Assembly (NCBI GenBank): GCA_964016885.1
Contig: OZ024742.1
Coordinates: 270,816,001 to 270,880,000, forward strand
Direction of reading: 5' to 3'
Length of the DNA stretch: 64,000 nt
Origin: Eledone cirrhosa
Lineage: Eukaryota
Shown piece after piece: positions 1 through 13,005 of the stretch. The translations under genes were made by a program, and so were the position numbers. Under the pieces are notes generated by a model, which had not been told where the DNA came from, ran no database searches, and saw only the letters and a program-made list of their open reading frames with translations. Positions within the stretch are counted from its first letter, which is position 1, and each line of letters starts with the position of its first letter.

Positions 1-703
1 ACTCCACCGCTTATAAATAAATAAAAAATATATATAAAGAAAGAAAGAAAACAATATAACTGATGGAAAATAAATACCCAGCGAAAGATATTTAAGTATT
101 TGCAGCTATTGAAAATACTGACAGAATATTCTTTACATGAATGCAATGAATAGAAGATGTTCTTAAACAAGGTATATGGGGCAGAATATAGTCGATTTAC
201 TTCAATGCATACATTTGTGTGATGTCTTGCGGGAAGACCATTCTACTAATATATACAGAATTGAATATATATTTTTTATTAACTTTAGGTTCCTCTTTAC
301 ATCGTGATAGGGATCTGAGATAGATTTTTTCAGTCGTATATGTATGATTTATCCTGTTTATCAGATATTGTATACAAAAAGAAATATACAAACTGGCCAA
401 CAAAATTATAACAAAACGTCTACAAAGACAAGCTCAATATTTGCAACTTTACAAATACATTTATTTGTTAGAGAATAATGATTTTTATAGCTTCAATTTT
501 TAACAAAGATTTAAAGATAATAAAAGGAAAATGCCTTTCTTGATGTACTGATAAAAGAAACATACAAGGCTGAAAACGTGCGAAAGCGTGTTATGGAATA
601 TTGAGAAACACAGACACATAAACACACGCACATACACGCACACGCATCGACACACATACGCACACACACGTACACACAGGCACACACGCAGACCCATACA
701 CAG

Positions 704-758
<55 letters not shown>

Positions 759-855
759 ATATTGTAAAAAAAAGAAAACTTCTATTATGAAGTACATTCA
801 AGTATCACATCTGGGTACATTTGTTTGGTCTCCAGGAATTATTTTACGCAGAACG

Positions 856-2022
856 ATGGCGCTATGTTCTGTATCTGGTATTTTGGGTTCAATACTATTA
901 CTGTCATTGAGCTTCAGTATTCCTGATGAACTCACAGAACATCCGCTCCGCTCTTTTGATAATAGCTTACTGAGTAAATCTACGGTGAATTCACATTCAG
1001 GTGGCCTGCATTCGGTGAGAAAGTTCACACGTGTTGCTATGTCAAGCAACGACTATGACGCTCGCGCAAATCACTTACAGCACCAACAAACAAATGAAAC
1101 AAATTCCACAACATTTCTGACTACTCCTCTAAAGAATGATATGTCTCAAGAAAGAATAGGTTTGTTGGGAAGTGATGAGGTAAACGTCACAACTGAAGTG
1201 GGCATTGTGCCTAAACACTTTCAACAATATAATAGTGCATTTCTAGTTGTAATTGTGTGTAGTCACCCAGAACGTCTGGAGTACCGCCAGGCAATACGGG
1301 AAACATGGGGTTCATCTAGAGGCCAGGAATTCCATGTATTGTTTCTAACTGGTAAACACGAAGATCCGTATTGGAACGCATTGATGGATAAAGAAAACGC
1401 ACTCCACGGTGACATCTTACAAGTGGATGTTATTGATAGCTACAGGAATTTATCTTTGAAAGTAATTGGCGGCCTTTGCTGGATAACAGACAGTTTCCAA
1501 AATGTTGATTATGTCATGAAAACAGACGATGATGTGTACATAAATGTTTGGTATTTACTAAAACTTTTAAAAGAAAATGTTATTAGTCAACAGCAAATCC
1601 TAGGGGCTTTGTCAATAATGTCTCCAGTAAAAAGAGACCTCAGAGATCCGTGGGGTGTGAGATTCAGCGAGTTTGCTCCCAAGACGTATCCCCCGTACGT
1701 ATCAGGAGGGGCCTACGTTATGTCACAGAAGGCAGGTAAGAAACTATGTGTGGAGAAATGGAAAAGACAGTCACCTTTTATTCATCTAGAAGACGTTTAT
1801 GTAACAGGTATTTTAGCACAGGCAACCGGTATAAGCCACGTGGCTCATCCAGGTTTTTCATTTTGGACTAGCAAAAAGGCTAAAGCAGCCGATATTGCTA
1901 ACAATAAACGTGTGTCTAGTGTTAATATGACACCTAATCAAATTTACAAACTCCACAGACAATCGAATGCGTTACTTGTGAGTACAACATCATCGGTAAA
2001 TTCGAAAAAGGTTGAACGATGA
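856..2022 (+). CDS. GT31 family beta-1,3-galactosyltransferase-like type II membrane protein (B3GALT1/5-like), coding region in one exon
   Basis: ORF open from 787. Likely start is ATG 856 (MALCSVSGILGSILLLSLSF, hydrophobic anchor), just after an acceptor-like ...TCTCCAG at 835. GT31 motifs: RQAIRETWG, GDILQVDVIDSYRNLSLK, YVMKTDDDVYIN (DxD), YPPYVSGGAYVMS, LEDVYVTG. Stop TGA at 2020-2022. Confidence 0.93.
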   Translation: MALCSVSGILGSILLLSLSFSIPDELTEHPLRSFDNSLLSKSTVNSHSGGLHSVRKFTRVAMSSNDYDARANHLQHQQTNETNSTTFLTTPLKNDMSQERIGLLGSDEVNVTTEVGIVPKHFQQYNSAFLVVIVCSHPERLEYRQAIRETWGSSRGQEFHVLFLTGKHEDPYWNALMDKENALHGDILQVDVIDSYRNLSLKVIGGLCWITDSFQNVDYVMKTDDDVYINVWYLLKLLKENVISQQQILGALSIMSPVKRDLRDPWGVRFSEFAPKTYPPYVSGGAYVMSQKAGKKLCVEKWKRQSPFIHLEDVYVTGILAQATGISHVAHPGFSFWTSKKAKAADIANNKRVSSVNMTPNQIYKLHRQSNALLVSTTSSVNSKKVER

Positions 2023-2094
2023 AAGAGGACATCAATTGCTTATGGCATATATGATTTGTGTATGTTTAAGTGGGAGTTATCTGGGATGATGATG

Positions 2095-2150
<56 letters not shown>
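2095..2150. repeat. (AAT)n microsatellite, one example of many (TA)n, (CA)n, (AG)n and (AAG/AGG)n tracts in the window
   Basis: Directly visible. Other examples: (TA)n 2425-2520, (AG)n 32680-32778, (CT)n 33520-33642, (AAG)/(AGG)n 38411-38587. Confidence 0.95.
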
Positions 2151-2151
<1 letters not shown>

Positions 2152-2420
2152 TCAACTAACAATAACATCAACTACTACAATAAAATCGCAATATAAAAGG
2201 TAAAAATGATAAAGATGATATCAATGAAAATGATGATTGATCACCTTCAAGCCAATAGGCTTAGAAGTGAAATACTGGGAGTGAAGAGTGAATAGGAGAG
2301 AGCAATGGCGCTTGTTAAATACGATATTACTAAATAGCAACAGTGTCGGAAAAGGTGACATCAAAAGACTGGTGCTAAAAGGAGCCAGGTATATTTAAAG
2401 AGATAAATATATATTATATA

Positions 2421-2525
<105 letters not shown>

Positions 2526-3337
2526 TATACATATACACACACATATATATATATATATACATTGAGAAGGAGAGAGAGAGGGAGGTGGAGAGAGAGTGAG
2601 TGTGAAATATAGATATGATGAATTCAAATGGTGAAAATATAAAACATGATAATAGTAACAGATAAAAAAGATATCAAACAGCTATGTAATAAACACAATT
2701 ATTTATATAATACTTAAATATTCCGGAAAGAACGTGTATAATACGAAAAGGAAAAAAAAAAGATTTTTTCGTTTTTAATAGTAAAAATCAAAAAGTAATC
2801 AACACTACATATAACAACTTAAGAATTCAAGCTAAACAAAAGAAAAAAAAAACTAAATATAATTCGCAGCAATGTAAAACAAAATGCGGAAGAAATATTA
2901 AAAATGAAAGGGGAATGCATGACCATATACTATTTGATTGAAATGCAATTAATATTGCATTGATGCACCGTCCTATAATGTAAAACAGTATTTGAGGTTT
3001 CACAACCAATCCCACACATAGAAACACAGATACTACAGCTATTAATGATATCAATAAAAAAAAATGTCAACAAAAAAAAGGGAAGAAGATACCACCGACA
3101 CCTATACCAAAGCCACAGTCATACAAATACCAATAACTGGGTGATTTTGTTTTAATAACTGCGTATGGAAGAAGCTGCCTTAAATGATTTTTTTTCCGAA
3201 TGTATTCTGATACAGACTCTATGTAGATATGTCTGCACCTGTTTCTCTCTAAACACACACATGTATATATATATCTATATATACATAAACACAAACACAG
3301 AGACACAGACACACAGACATATACACACACACACAAA

Positions 3338-3434
<97 letters not shown>

Positions 3435-3687
3435 CACAAGCCAATGTGTGTGTGCGGGTGGGTGTGTCTCTGTGTGTGCGTGTGTCCTTACTATATTCAT
3501 CAGTAAGTATATTCTCATTATCTTGCTCTGACACCCCCCACCTCCGTTTATAATGTATATATATGTTTATAATCCCCAACTCTTTCTATCTCTCTATGTC
3601 TATATTTATATAGAGTGCTTTACACCATTGGGTATTGATACCAGGTTTACTCTACATTATACACACACATACACACACACACACATG

Positions 3688-3775
<88 letters not shown>

Positions 3776-3861
3776 AATTCACGTAGGCACATACACATAA
3801 TTATACATATAATGAAGAGAGATGGGGTTACATATCAGACCTATTTTTACTCCAGTTCGTG

Positions 3862-4043
3862 CTATTCACATTTCGAGGGTATGGAAAGGTCCTTATTCAC
3901 TGATTATACCATATCTATTCATCAGACTCTCAGTTTGAACGTAAATAAAAATAAATATGTTTTTTATATTATGCGCAGCAGTTGAAGATGTGTAAAGATC
4001 ATCCGATTCGGAAGTATTTCCGTCCCTTCGAAATGTGCATAAC
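3862..4043. mobile_element. Small degenerate MITE-like inverted repeat
   Basis: GCTATTCACATTTCGAGGGTATGGAAA pairs imperfectly with TTTCCGTCCCTTCGAAATGTGCATAAC (~27 bp). Confidence 0.5.
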
Positions 4044-4075
4044 AGAATAACGTAATACCATTTCTTTTCCTTTTC

Positions 4076-4176
<101 letters not shown>

Positions 4177-4235
4177 ACAAACACATACATACATTTATAA
4201 GCACATTATATGTATGTGTGTGCGTGTATGAGTAT

Positions 4236-5377
4236 ATAGAGCGTTGCTCAGTTCTTTCAGGACATTTCCATAGATTGTATAAAAGACGCATTTATCATGA
4301 GAGACCTTTAATTGAGAAAAATAATGGTATGGATAATCTTGATATTCTTGACACAGCTTTTCAATGAATCTGTCGATAGCATCGATGTTTGTTTCATGTT
4401 CACATGTCTGAATTTTATTGACTTTATCTTTTATGGACATTCTACTGCTTATTATGGACCTCAGAAATTATATCGATTTGGGGTCCTTCATTCAATTACC
4501 CTTCGACTATGTACCATACGTAGTAGTCCAAAATATTCATATTTGGAGAGCTAAAACATGTTTTGGATAAGGTGATCGGGGAAATTAGAACTATTGGATG
4601 GTCTTGCTTATGGCGCGGTGCAGACTATTGTTGACAGGTGTACGGTGTTCCATTTCGCATGCATTTTACATAAGGCGGCACAGCCGTTCCAACATCTTAT
4701 ATTAATTAACCTTGAACCTAAGGTCTGAGAAAAGAAATGAGGAAGCATCACAACTCCCTCGTTGCACACCTCACGAAGGGCCAATATAGATGCTGGAAAC
4801 GTTATATGTATGTCCGCTGAAACGTCTTTTGTTTGTGAAGCATAACCTGCTGTCATTCGGTCTGATAACCTTTTGGACTTGATCAAATTTATTCTCATCA
4901 GTAAAAACCAAAATATTTCCAGTATCTCGATGTTCCAACGTCTTGGCAAGCGTTTTGCACGTATCAGATAATTATCTTTTGATTTTGCAGATAGGAATTG
5001 ACCTCTATGCACCATATTCTATGGAACGAACTCCTTGCACAATTCCCCGATAGTGTGCCTTGAAAATAAATGAGGCTAATTGATTTCTGGTGTTTAACGA
5101 TAGTTTTCTGCACCTTTACTGGATATTTGTGGAATGCAATGTTAGTAAGACATTTAGCAGGAATGTTACGTTTCGCTACTGGTACAGTGACATGTAATTT
5201 TTAGCAAACGGCGGCAGCAACGGCAATGTGTAAGTCATTATTCTCTGCCATTAATTCAACTATTATGTTTTTTCACTCGGTGAGTTAGGTTGAAGTCTGG
5301 CATCAGAAATGAAATGATTTTCAATTTAGTGAAAAGCTGGAGCTATTACAAGCCAGGTCATCAAAGAACCGAGAGAT

Positions 5378-5380
<3 letters not shown>
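4236..5380 (-). mobile_element. Decayed Tc1/mariner transposon, maT/DD37D-like
   Basis: Frameshifted minus-strand peptides HRGQFLSAKSKDNYLIRAK, FPASILALREVCNEGVVMLPHFFSQ, FQQ*SAP and SPNMNILDYYVW (cf. SPDLNPLDYYVW). Degenerate inverted ends CTCAGTTCTTTCAGGAC (~4246) and GTCATCAAAGAACCGAG (~5357). Confidence 0.8.
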
Positions 5381-5448
<68 letters not shown>

Positions 5449-5631
5449 ATGTATAGGCACATGAACACTTACACACGGACATACATACACACACACATAC
5501 ACACACACATACACACACACTCACTCACCCACTCACACACACACCCAGACACACACACACATATATATATATATATACATATAACCCTGAAAGTCTCTGT
5601 GGAGATGCAGACTTAGACTGAGAATTTACAT

Positions 5632-6340
5632 AATAATAATAATAATTTATTCCTGATGACCACAAGGACCAATAAAATGGGAGCTGGGAGTACATTAGAC
5701 AGAGACGGTGAGGGTTTACACTGAAATCGTGTAGATAGAAATTGACAAACAAATAACAATAAAGAAATAACAAAATAGGTAATACCCCAATAAAGGGAGA
5801 ACAGCCAGAGGTGAATTAGAAATCCACACAAGCTAAAGCACCCGACGGTCGAAGAACACCCTAGGAGGATACCCCTCTCCTCTCTAAGTCAGCCAGCCTA
5901 CAGGTGTACTCGCATGGGTAATTCTTGCAACATTCACCCACCAATTAGCAAAAGCAGTGGTGGGGAGAGGAGGCAGCGGTTCTCTCTCCATCCTAAACTT
6001 TCTTTTCAAGTGAAACATGAACAAGTTGATGAGGAATTGACTGAAGAGAAAGAGTCCATCTCCAGTCCTTTCAATCTTGTTCACTACAGAGGAAAATTGC
6101 CTCTCCTTCCATGCTAAAACATGGTGGTGTAGTGATCTTCACTACGGACTCGTTCGCTAGCCGCATCAGTCCTACACGTGACCACATCTGTTCGACATGA
6201 CTCCAAAAGTCAGTCATACAGGGATACTGGACGGGTGCATACAGAACGATTTCGTCTATCTGTGCGCATCTCATGCTAATCCGCCTGAGGGGCTTTCCGT
6301 GATGTAGAGATTATCTCGAAACTGCAGTTACGCCCGGTAT
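5632..6340 (-). mobile_element. Tx1/L1-like LINE 3' fragment
   Basis: Minus-strand RCAQIDEIVLYAPVQYP...LINLFMFHLKRKFRMER matches the C-terminus of the copies at 29.7 and 50.4-50.9 kb. Ends in CCTTGTGGTC..AATAAA(TTA)n. Confidence 0.8.
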
Positions 6341-6363
6341 ATATATATATATGTGTGTGTATG

Positions 6364-6443
<80 letters not shown>

Positions 6444-6537
6444 TATATTTATTTATTAAAATAACAGATTAAAGTTTAAGCAAAGAATCGCTGTTTTCGG
6501 GCCCTCTTTGGACTTTAGTCTTCGAATTTATTATTAT

Positions 6538-6592
<55 letters not shown>

Positions 6593-6806
6593 ACAAGGTA
6601 TGTATGTATATGTGTATATGTTAAGGAAGTTGTTATTTAAGCGTCACTTCTCAAGAAATCACAACTTTCATTGATTTAGATATGTATACTTCTAAGTTAT
6701 AGAAGCAAGTATTGTGAATGTTTTTTATGTGTTCTTTTACGTATATGTAAATTTTCAGATTTCGTCTCGTTACATCTCTCAACAATCCATTTCTACATCT
6801 TTCTTC

Positions 6807-6855
<49 letters not shown>

Positions 6856-6952
6856 GTATGTATGTATATATATATACACGCACGCTCACACAAACACACA
6901 CATACACACACACACACACAGTGACACAAACACACACGCATACACACACACG

Positions 6953-6996
<44 letters not shown>

Positions 6997-7016
6997 CACA
7001 TACGAGTATATTTAGA

Positions 7017-7297
7017 ATAAGTGTTTCTACTTTTGGCACAAGGCCACCAAAATACCCAGTACATTACTGGTAGATTATTTTATCGACCCCATAAGGATGA
7101 AAGGCAAAGTTAACCTCGGCGGGATTTGAACTCAGACCATAAAGGGCCGTAACTCTATGCGTCAAAGCATGGCGCCCGACCCTCTACCGATACTGCCAAT
7201 CCACCGCCCTATATTTAGAATAATTGTTTCTACTTTAGTCACAAGGCCAGCAATTACCCAGTGCATTATTGGTACTCTTATTTTATCGACCCCGTAA
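7017..7297 (-). mobile_element. tRNA-head SINE (7017-7209) plus a second 3' portion (7213-7297)
   Basis: Minus strand reads GGCGGTGGATTGGCAGTATCGG (A-box-like), GAGTTCAAATCC (B box), and core TTTGCCTTTCATCC..GGGGTCGATAAAA. Same family at 18.1, 30.1, 30.6 and 51.2 kb. Confidence 0.85.
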
Positions 7298-7299
7298 GC

Positions 7300-7588
7300 G
7301 AGGTAGTTTTAGATGTTAAAATCCTTTATTGATAATGCTGTGAAGCATGTTTCAATAACGACAGTGGCCACACGATACCGCGTACTGTACCCAGTGCCAT
7401 AACATCACCAGACAGCTTCTTCCATAATAAGGTTACGTTCCCCAGGCAATCCAAAGTGAAACGTCAAGGGATAGGACAAGGCGTGTGTTCTTGGCACTGG
7501 GTACACGGAATCACGTGGCCACTATCGTCATTGAAATATGTATCACAGCATTATCAATAAAGGACTTTACCATCTGAAACTACTTCGT
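7300..7588. mobile_element. Foldback MITE with ~100-bp terminal inverted repeats
   Basis: CGAGGTAGTTTTAGATG...GTACCCAGTGCCA is the imperfect reverse complement of TGGCACTGGGTAC...CATCTGAAACTACTTCG. Confidence 0.75.
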
Positions 7589-7867
7589 ATTTTCTTGTTC
7601 TCTCTCTCTCTCTATTTATATATATATATATATATATATCCAGAAGCGTTATATGTAATCGACTATTGTTTTGCTGCGTGCTGATGATAGGATTAAATAA
7701 TTCAGAATAATTCAGAAACACTTGTATTGATAACGATATAAAAAATATTTAGAAATATAGACATATTATTATAAATCTTCTTTATAAGATATTTAATTTT
7801 TTTAGATTTTATCACATCTTCATTCTATCCCTTACAAAACATGGATAAATCAATCAGATAATGTGTG

Positions 7868-7904
<37 letters not shown>

Positions 7905-7939
7905 CTATATATAAATATATATATATAAATGTACTAACA

Positions 7940-8133
7940 TGTTAGTACATTTTTAGGAGTCTATTTACATAATAATCTACACCAATCAATGCAAAGTATA
8001 GATGTATATACAATATATTTAATACAATATTATATTTAATATATATGATACCCGCGATTGAACTCGGGATAAACTTATATATTATATATATATATATACA
8101 CACACACATATATGTATATATATATATATATAT

Positions 8134-8222
<89 letters not shown>

Positions 8223-8300
8223 ATGTGTGTGTGTATATATATTATTACATTGATTGATGTAGATTATCATGTAAGCAGAGTCCTAAAAATATACTGGCAT
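7940..8300. repeat. Inverted repeat (~55-bp arms) enclosing (TA)n
   Basis: AGTACATTTTTAGGAGTCTATTTACATAATAATCTACACCAATCAATG vs CATTGATTGATGTAGATTATCATGTAAGCAGAGTCCTAAAAATATACT. Confidence 0.65.
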
Positions 8301-8656
8301 ATCATATATTTAAGCCGCTTGTGTCATATAGTCTACAACCAATTGTTTTTATGTTTTGCTCATATTCATCCATTAAAGATAGATTTCATAGGCTGCATTA
8401 TTTCGCCACACAAGATTACCGGATGCATGAAAGCAATTACAATATTATAGCTAGTAATGTCGCACAAAAACATCGAAAGTACAATACATTGATTATTCTT
8501 GTAAATTCTCAGTCAGTGTTTGAATAATTCTTTCGTTCTCACTGTCTATTAATATCCATATTTCTGTGTATTCACACACACACACACACACGCACACACA
8601 CGCGCACACACACGCGCGCACGCACACACACACACACACACACACATACACACACA

Positions 8657-8723
<67 letters not shown>

Positions 8724-9515
8724 ACTTTCATATATATGTGTGAATGGGATATATTATATAGCAGTATCGTATATTTACAGACTTCAATCATCACATTAAA
8801 GATATCTTTATATATCTGAAATGTTTACTTGTCTTTATTTGAAAGATAGCCATGTGCACTTGAATTAAATATTATAATTATTAAAATATTATATACCATC
8901 TTCATTGACACTGAGAGACATTAATACGCATATACATTCAGGCAAAATGACAAACTCATAAATAAATGCACGTACACAATTTCGCTCACATACGCAATTA
9001 TTTACAATTTACAATTTACTATATATTTTTTTCATAACTTTGGGAATTTACGACAACATTCCTCCATTTCAAACATTTTTTTTAAATGTATCATAAAAAA
9101 AAATCCAAACAAATTTCAATAAATATATTGTATCAAATTTACAAAGAAACAAGCAAAATACATTTTAACTCAATTTAAACAATTTATCGAGCAATCTCGA
9201 AATGGCAATAACTGGACAGATTTAAGTATGTAAGCAACAATTGATGAAAATACACAAAGAAAAGGTATAATATGAATAAGATGACTCTTCTTAAATATTT
9301 TTCTCCCTTTCATTCATCCTAATCAGAAGAGTGGCAATAAATACTAGTATTGGTATGTATGAATATCGTTTAACATCAGAACCCGTGTGATAGCATATCC
9401 AAGATAATGTTTGTATATGTTTGAATGGGAGTCTATTTCTGTAATATTGTATGTATGAATGTATAGATATGTATAGATATTTTTGCATTTATGCACACAC
9501 ACACATATACACACA

Positions 9516-9578
<63 letters not shown>

Positions 9579-9803
9579 ATATGAATGTATGTATGTACAT
9601 TTGAAAAGATTCAGGACCTCGACACCGGAGCTCTGACCGTTTCAACAGCTAGTTTCGAACTGGTCCACCCGGTATCTTAACACAGCCTATACATATATAT
9701 ATATTTGTGTAAATATATATCTGTATCTATAAATATATATATGTATATATATATATATATTTGTGTAAATATATATCTGTATCTATATCTATATATGTAT
9801 ATA

Positions 9804-9972
<169 letters not shown>

Positions 9973-10287
9973 CATACGTGGTGTTGCTTTTATGATTCAC
10001 ATGTTAATTTTTACGACTTGAAGCTTAATTGTAAGAAGAAAGATGTTTTAAAAATAAAATATTTTTCTATGAAATTGTTTGACTTGTTATTTTTTCACTC
10101 TGTTTCTTTTCTTTAATAAGTAATCATATTTAAAGGCAAACGCTCCCCCCCCCTATGTATATATATATATGTATATATATATATATAAAAGGATCGATCG
10201 ACTTTCGTCAAATCGGACCGAGGAAACATTGTTTTCTTCGGTCTCTCCAGTTGCTAGTACTATATATCGGTCGCAACTCCGGGTAGA

Positions 10288-10395
10288 ACGAGCAACGTGA
10301 AATAAAGTGTCTTCCTCAAGGACATAACATATCGCCCGGTCAAGGAACCGAACTCACAACATCCAGATTCTGCATCCAATTCTTTAACCTCTCAA
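10288..10395 (-). mobile_element. Second tRNA-derived SINE family, 5' part
   Basis: Minus strand: GGTTAAAG...GTGAGTTCGGTTCC (B-box-like)...TGTCCTTGAGGAAGACACTTTATTTCACGTTGCTC. Confidence 0.6.
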
Positions 10396-10397
10396 TA

Positions 10398-11383
10398 AAA
10401 GGTAAACAGAAATAACAACACTATCGGTACAGTATGTATTAGGATATATTAGGTTAGCGGTTGATATAGCGGGAAGAGCGTCATAACGTTTCGGACTCTA
10501 GTTCTTCATCAGAAGAACGGAAGAGAAATAAGATATATTGAGGGGACGGGCTGGTTGGAATTGCAAAACATGTCTTTCATAAAAATAACTGGTCCATTCA
10601 AGTTGACATCTCTTGCAAGACTGCTAGTGCTGGCGTTTTGTGTATGATTTATTTTTTAGAATAGTGGATGATGGAGCGCGTCTACCTGAAATGGAAAAAA
10701 AAAAACGTTTTGTAAAAGGAGCTATACTTCTGTATGTGCGTAAGCATGTGTGTGTCTGTGTCTGTGTTATTATACGTCCATTCAAAGCTAAGACGAAATG
10801 TGTGTGCATATGTGAGTAAGAGAATGTGTGTGCAAGTAAGTACGAAGCTATGAGTAAAAGTATGTCAATATAAGGTTGTTTATGAGTGTATACAGAGAAG
10901 TGAACGGAAAAGTGGAGTGAGCATATATAGTCGTCCTGTATTGGTTGTAAGAGAATATGTTAATGATTAAGCGAAAACGATAGCAATCTACGGTATGATA
11001 ATGGATGGTGTATTAGAGAAATTGGGGAGGTGAGTTGAGTCGAAGCGGGGAATAGGACACAAGGCGGTGAATCAAAATTTGTTCAGTCTTGGTGCGCGAA
11101 GCCTGTGATCCATGATGTAAAAGGACACCCATGACTGAAACATGTAGGGAAGAATGACCAGGTTAACAGAAATGACAGGCATAAGGAGTAACCAAACCGA
11201 GTCATTTGTCCCTCATATGCTCGGCAAAACGGTCCGCCATATGGCGTCCCATTTGTCCAATATATAAAGACCCGCAAAGGGAACACTGGTCATAGACAAC
11301 GTGGGTGGATGTGCGGGTGAAAGTCTGGCGGATACGGAAAATACTTTATGGCCTATAAGAGTGGTGAGGGTGGAAATGAAGGG

Positions 11384-11387
<4 letters not shown>
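10398..11387 (-). mobile_element. Penelope-like element 3' fragment: GIY-YIG endonuclease remnant plus pLTR
   Basis: Minus-strand frames give TFTCTSTHVVY..CSLCGSLYIGQMGRHMADRFAEH...HF..PGHS...EQILIHRL, followed by a non-coding tail with an HHR-like motif. Confidence 0.85.
10484..10515 (-). ncRNA. Minimal hammerhead-like motif, degenerate
   Basis: CTGATGA-A-GAAC-TAGA-GTCC-GAAAC-GTTA. One stem II mismatch; stem I is not convincing. Confidence 0.5.
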
Positions 11388-11462
<75 letters not shown>

Positions 11463-11520
11463 AGGAATATGTCCGTGTCGTGTAACACAAATGAATATAT
11501 GATAGGGATGAACACTGATA

Positions 11521-11730
11521 TATATACAAATGAATATATGATAAGGATGAATACTGATACAAGTATACATGTGTTCGCATTGCAAATGACCAAGTTACCT
11601 AGGTTGAAAAATATTAATTAAATAATTTTAATTAGTATTTTTCAACCTAGCTAACTTGGTCATTTGCAATGGAACACATGTATAATTGTATCAGTATTCA
11701 TCCCTATCATATATTCATTTGTATATATAT
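11521..11730. repeat. Near-perfect ~210-bp palindrome made of two inverted pieces of the 40.6-41.3 kb HHR element family
   Basis: Arms TGCAAATGACCAAGTTACCTAGGTTGAAAAATATTAATTAAA and TTTAATTAGTATTTTTCAACCTAGCTAACTTGGTCATTTGCA. The same sequence occurs at 40800-40880 and 41255-41290. Confidence 0.85.
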
Positions 11731-11776
11731 ATATATATATACTATTTATGTAATAAAAAAAACATAAGTTAATTAT

Positions 11777-11837
11777 TTCATTCACCGGTGCTTTCTTGAA
11801 AACAGATATTTTGTATATCTTCAGTCGTCAGAATGAA
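11777..11837 (-). ncRNA. Type I hammerhead motif, probably inactivated (GUG triplet)
   Basis: Stem I TTCATT/AATGAA; core CTGACGA; stem II TGAAGATAT..ATATC..TTCA; GAAA; GCACCGGT-G. Downstream tail matches the HHR at 35465. Confidence 0.6.
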
Positions 11838-11926
11838 TAAAAAACATGCTCTAATTATTAAATATGGATTTGAAAACAAAATTTAGGAAATATGAATGTC
11901 AGGATAAAAAAAAAACGGGCGAAAAG

Positions 11927-11957
<31 letters not shown>

Positions 11958-12352
11958 AATATAAATATCCAGAACGTAAACATACACGGACTCAATTACG
12001 CGCATATACTAAAAAGTACGTAGCTGGACACTTTCTCACATAAGCGTATTTGCGACTACATAGAAAAACGGACAGGAACATACCTACACATACATATACA
12101 CAGATATATATGCACTCAAAAATGTACACACAAATAGGGACAGTAGTTACGAAACAGAAATAACTATCTAAATAAATAAGAACAAAATGTACAAAAAATA
12201 TATGTATATATTTAATAATATATGTAGAAATAAACACAGTAAATTCCGTGTCTAAAATTATGAGGGTAGAGAATGCCACAAATGTTTTATATATTTAATC
12301 TGAAACATACAGAGGGATATAATTATATACAGACCGTATCAATAACCATTTC

Positions 12353-12441
12353 ATCTCTCGGACAGGTTAGATATTTAATCTGTTTCGCCCTGAAAATTGT
12401 GTTTGTAACAGATAATCAGTAGGCTTTCCTCGGTGAGAGAT
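12353..12441 (-). ncRNA. Type I hammerhead copy with core CCGAGGA
   Basis: Reverse-complement copy of the 12917-13005 motif. Stem II GCCT..GGGC, U4C change in the core. Confidence 0.6.
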
Positions 12442-12916
12442 TAGATCAAATGAAACAAACACATCTAACAGCAACTCAAGAAGTAAATAATACACCTCGT
12501 GGGTTGTACACTATACGTGGTATGAGTGGTTATGCTAGAAATAATAGCCTTATTACACTCAACTTATAAGCTCACCAAGTTAGGGAGCCGAAATACAAAT
12601 AAAATAAAGAGTTATTAACTCATATTCATACCCTGCAATTAACAAGCTCAAAGTATAAATACTGAGCATTATATAATAATATATGTAGAAATAAACAGTA
12701 AATTTCGTGTCTGAAATTACGAGGGTAGAGAATGCCACAAATGTTTTATATATTTAATCTGAAACATACAGTAGGATATAATTCTATACAGACTGTATCA
12801 ATAACCATTTCATCTCTCGGACAGATTAGAGATTTAATCTATTCCGCCCTGAAAATTGTGTTTGTAACAGATAATCCGTAGGCTTTCCTCGGATGTGTTT
12901 TGTTTCATTTGATCTA

Positions 12917-13005
12917 ATCTCTCGCTGAGGAAAGTATACGGATTATCTGTTACAAACACAATTTTCAGGGCGAAACAGATTAAATCTCTAACCTGTCCGA
13001 GAGAT
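12917..13005 (+). ncRNA. Type I hammerhead ribozyme
   Basis: Stem I ATCTCTCG/CGAGAGAT (8 bp); core CTGAGGA; long stem II region (5' arm mutated in this copy); GAAA; stem III ACAG..CTGT; GUC triplet at 12995-12997. Confidence 0.75.

Noticed and set aside
787-855. Upstream ATG extending the GT31 ORF
   Set aside because: It lies before an acceptor-like TCTCCAG (835) next to microsatellite/poly-A sequence, so it is probably intronic. Not excluded.
7677-7735. CTGATGA...GAAAC-ACTT-GTA hammerhead-like string
   Set aside because: Stem I cannot be formed and stem II is disrupted; at best a decayed remnant.
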